A program made the translations under genes and the position numbers. A DNA stretch of 64,000 nucleotides from Oculina patagonica (lineage: Eukaryota), in NCBI RefSeq assembly GCF_052425735.1, contig NC_135767.1, positions 8,060,001 through 8,124,000 of the forward strand, written 5' to 3'. Below, one piece after another: positions 60,401 through 64,000 of this stretch. Numbering within the stretch: position 1 is the stretch's first letter; each line of letters starts with the position of its first letter. The notes beneath the pieces are model-generated. The model worked only from the letters and a program-made list of their open reading frames with translations, was not told where the DNA came from and did no database searches.

Positions 60401-63400
60401 AACTGTACACTTTAACATTTCATTGTAATTTGACCCTGAAAAACCATTTTTTGGAGAGCCAAATAAAATCTTTTCTTTAATACTGTGCACTCTAAATTTG
60501 TGTGGAACGTTTCAATGACAGATAGCTAGCTGAGATAGCTGAGACTTGAACAAGTTGTTTATCTAGTTTATCTGACTAGTTATTTTCTACAATGTGTGAT
60601 ATTCTTGATTTTTAAGCTTTTCTTGACTGATACAGTTGTAATTTTTTTTTTCTAGAGGCAAATGTTGTTGATCATGTGCTGGAAGGTCATACAGCATCAA
60701 CATCACATCACCATCAATCACCAAGCAAAAAGAATGTTGAAATCAGTATAACAGTACCTGGAGCTAAAAAGAGAAAGAAAGGATGGTAATCTTTCATTAT
60801 TCGTACATCTTCTTCTTCAAGAATATATATTTTTAAGAAATGTCAAATATATTTTCTCTCCACTAACCACCAATAATACACCTTATTAACCATTGAAGTA
60901 CATGTGCCATACTGGGATAATAATTATTGACTAAAGGTCTTGACAGTGGGGATTGAGAGGGGAAGCCTTTGGAATAGAAGGCTGAGGGTTGATATTTTCC
61001 CAGTAGAAGCGGAAAGAAAGAACTCAGGGAAGAAAGAACTCGCTTGAATGGCCGACATGTCAAACGTCACATTATCTGTTTTCAACCACAGGTAATCTTT
61101 GCTAGGCGATGTTCGCTCGCTTTTTGTTTCTACATGTATGGTTAACAATGGGTAATTCATGAACTTGCAGTTTTTACAAGCGTCTCGCGAGACGAGTGTC
61201 TCGTCTCGAGAGACGAGACTCTCGTCTCGCGAGAGGGTGGTAACTTACTTTTGAGCGGTACTGTAGTTAATAAGCGATTTATTACATGACTGAAAAAGAT
61301 TTTTATTGATATTTAAGTGGAAAGCAGAAAGGATAAAATGAATAGGATTCTGAATGAGAAACCACCAGGTGTTTTGGTTAGAAAAAATTCCTTAACGTTG
61401 TGCTACTAACCAATAAAAAGTAAGAGAGTGTTTTTTCACACAAATGAAGTTACTAACTTTTTTCACTTTAGTAAGCCATTACTACAATGCAAATATTAAA
61501 AATGCACAGGATCATTCGGGACAATACCCGGTTCAATATTTTAAGGAACAATCTGATTGGTTTATTATTTTTAGTTATTGGCCCTCAGCTGTGTAATAAA
61601 ATACAGCACTGCCACTTTAAAATAATAAATTCTGTACATGCGAGTCACTCAGTTTTTACCATTAATTTTTCTTTGTACTTTAATTTTATTTTTCCAGGAG
61701 CCAGGAGGATGTTATGAAGTTTATTAAAAGGGCAGTTAACAGATTTAGAAAAGATGTCTTTATCAGAATTCATAAGGTACCTGTAATGTAACTTAGCTAC
61801 CCGGTAATTGTTTTTGGCAACCTTCCTCATAATCCATCCTCTTGAAAGGAACAGAAAACTGCTGGGATGTGATCAAACTTATGGTAATCACATAAAGCAA
61901 AAAATATAACAGGGAAACCTGCAATTGTTTTTAATGTACTTATAATATTACAGTGTGAACCAGAAAACTATGAACACTTAACTCTATCTTGCACATGTAA
62001 ATTTCTGCAGAAAACCGTCGAATGATAACTCAAACTGCAAGAAAATATTAATATGTACAAATGGACAGCGATGGAGCCAGCAGGTTATTTTTCGTGAATA
62101 ATTTGTCAACTATTTCCTCTACTTCCTTTTTTAAAGTATAATAAAAGTGTTCATGGTTTTCGTGTTTTCACTGTAATAAACTGTTGATTAAGGGTATGTT
62201 TTCATCTTTTTGCACTTTACAGGTTCATCTTTTGACTCTCATTGCTCATGGATTTTTCAGGAATGGTGTTTGTAATGAGCCACTACTTCAGGTACATGTT
62301 TATATGCAAAATTTAAAGACAGATTCCACTGATTGGAGAAAATATTAGTGCAAAAGTTAATTTTTAAAGAATAATCTACTAATAGCACGTACAGTGTACG
62401 GTAACATTTTGTATACTGTTTGAAACATCTCACTGTATTTCATTCCTCTACATGTAAGTGGCCCTGCAATTACAGTAAATTCTAAAGCATTCTCAAGAAA
62501 GGTAACATCCGACCTTGTAAAATTAAAAAAAATCCCCAATATTTTGTTTTGAACTGACGTTAAACATGGGTTTCAACTGAAATATAGATCATTTAAAATA
62601 TTTATTTTTCTCTCACAAAGCCAGCTTGAGTGCTTAAGTTTAAGTTTTTGTTAACTCTATTCAAACTGTTACCATGCTGTTATTGCTCAAATGATCAGCA
62701 GAAACGGTCTTATATTGCAGTTGTTGAATAGGGTGGGAGGTGGGTTTGACCTGTAGGAAAATAAAATCGAACCTCCGCTGCTTGGCTCTACAGCTATAAA
62801 ATTAATGCTGTCAAGATTGAACCCAATCACTTATCGCAATGAGTAGGGGAGGGAGTTCCCAGTGGTGTGGTATGTTCATTCATCAGTGCCGTAGCAAGGG
62901 TAAAATAAGTCGGGGAGCACGCGAGCGCGAGAGCCGCTATGGGGGTCTGGGGGGCATGCCCTCCCAGAAAATTTTGAAATCTAGAGGCTTGGAAATGCTA
63001 TTTCCAGCGCTCTCCAAAAGCTATCTGTGATTTACGCATATTGCGAATTTGAGACATTTTGACATTTTTTGAGACATTTTTTTCACATTGTTGTCACGAT
63101 TTCTGGTTTGTTTTAGTTTTGGCTGTTTAATACGTATTGTTGTGCATCACCCTACATACGTTAAAAAAATGAAAAGAAGTACAAATGTTTATTGTTTCAA
63201 ACCTCTCGGGAGATAAAATTGTATTTTCAACATTTTATACAGGTCTGTTTTTACTTTTTGGGAAAAAAACTGGGGGGGGGGGCACGCCCCCCGGCCCCTC
63301 CCCTTGCTACGGCACTGTTCATATGTATCCATTAGTTGGGTGGTGGGGCGAGATCATATACATGGACGGATAGCAACTGCCAAAGGTGCCTGATATGCTG

Positions 63401-63927
63401 ATGTCCAATTTTGTCCTGTAACTGTAAAGCCTGGTTTTCACTAGCGACGCAAGCACAAGCGCAAGGATAACAGCTATTAATTCTCCATGAAAATGGCTTT
63501 GACTCAAGCAAAAGCACTTGTAAGCGCTTTGCATTTTAGTCCTTGTGCTTGTGCCTGCAGCAAGCACAAGCACAAGGATTAAAATTTGTCCTTTGAATGA
63601 AACATCGCCAGCGCAAGGCCGTGCGATTCGATCAGTTACTATGAATCACCAAAGAACCGGGCAGAACCCGCATTTTGCGTCGATAGTGAAAACCATTATC
63701 ATACTATTACAGCAGCCAGAATTTTGCCTCCTGATGGTGCAAATTATTGGGTGTGTTTATTTATTGATAAACTGATATAATTTCAACATTTTTCATCCTT
63801 TTCTAAAAATTATAATTATTATTTATAACTTTCTCCAGGCTGTGCTGCTATCCCATGTTCCTAGCGAGTTTCTTTCTGGAAACAAAAGGAAGTGGGATGT
63901 TTTGCGGCTAACAAACTTCTTAAAATG
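57421..63927 (+). CDS. XPC: DNA repair protein XPC/Rad4, coding exons 1-6 (continues beyond the window)
   Basis: Phase-compatible exons 57421-57652, 58967-59461, 60656-60785, 61698-61776, 62223-62291 and 63839-63927 give a Lys-rich N-terminus, acidic ..WEDV and VEISI, then FIKRAVNRFRKDVFIRIHKVHLLTLIAHGFFRNGVCNEPLLQAVLLSHVP...LTNFLKW. This matches the XPC motif RRAMKRFNK...HKVHLLCLLANGFYRNNIC...LSNLVKW. Confidence 0.93.
57749..58010. mobile_element. MITE in XPC intron 1
   Basis: GGTCATTCCATTTAAGATCC...CCCCC / GGGGGATATTAAATGGAATGGTCC. Confidence 0.7.
58370..58888 (+). mobile_element. Degraded CORE-type SINE interrupted by a GGGATC-repeat MITE (58508-58834)
   Basis: SINE motifs either side of CAGGGTCATAAC...TTAAGACCCTG. 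Confidence 0.6.
60041..60314 (+). mobile_element. tRNA-derived SINE (V/Meta-like central domain) directly after a LINE 3' remnant
   Basis: A box TAGCGCAGTGG, B box GGTTCGATTCC, TTTTCTCCGGGTTCCCCGGTTTTCCTCCC core, (ATTT)-type tail; preceded by SFVFRATRLWNELP...FKAAIK (59935-60035). Confidence 0.8.
62884..63317. mobile_element. MITE in XPC intron 5
   Basis: TIR CAGTGCCGTAGCAAGG / CCTTGCTACGGCACTG; TTCAT duplicated on both flanks. Confidence 0.8.
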
Positions 63928-64000
63928 GTTAGTACAGTAGCAAGAATTAGCCGAAACAGTTTTAAGATGTAACCCTCCCCCGGCCATGCATGTACGCATT

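Overview
AT-rich eukaryotic (animal) genomic DNA. The repeat families and genes are most consistent with a cnidarian, probably a stony coral; this is an inference. Four gene blocks are visible. (1) 1-11.6 kb: the 3' half of a spliced type-I membrane protein gene built from tandemly duplicated phase-1 EGF exons, a stalk, a TM helix and a short Tyr-containing tail, plus an ephrin-receptor-like Cys-rich exon with a stop codon that lies inside a TIR-bounded insertion. (2) 16-29 kb: a cluster of single-coding-exon TMEM121/CECR6-like multipass membrane genes (3 intact, 1 pseudogene), with a head-to-tail array of tRNA-like Pol III units among them. (3) 39-55 kb: a cluster of five intronless, signal-peptide-less serpins (3 intact, 2 with one frameshift each) plus a relic. 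Their scaffolds are nearly identical, while the reactive-centre loops are hypervariable and appear shuffled. (4) 57.4 kb to the end: the first six coding exons of XPC. Intergenic DNA is dense in mobile elements: a 5'-truncated L2/CR1-type LINE with an open RT frame, Tx1/L1 and Penelope fragments, tRNA-derived SINEs, many MITEs (several nested), three Penelope-type minimal hammerhead motifs, and a 2.6 kb IS3EU-like element made of two copies of the same end with a 6-bp TSD. All calls come from reading the sequence; no database searches were run.
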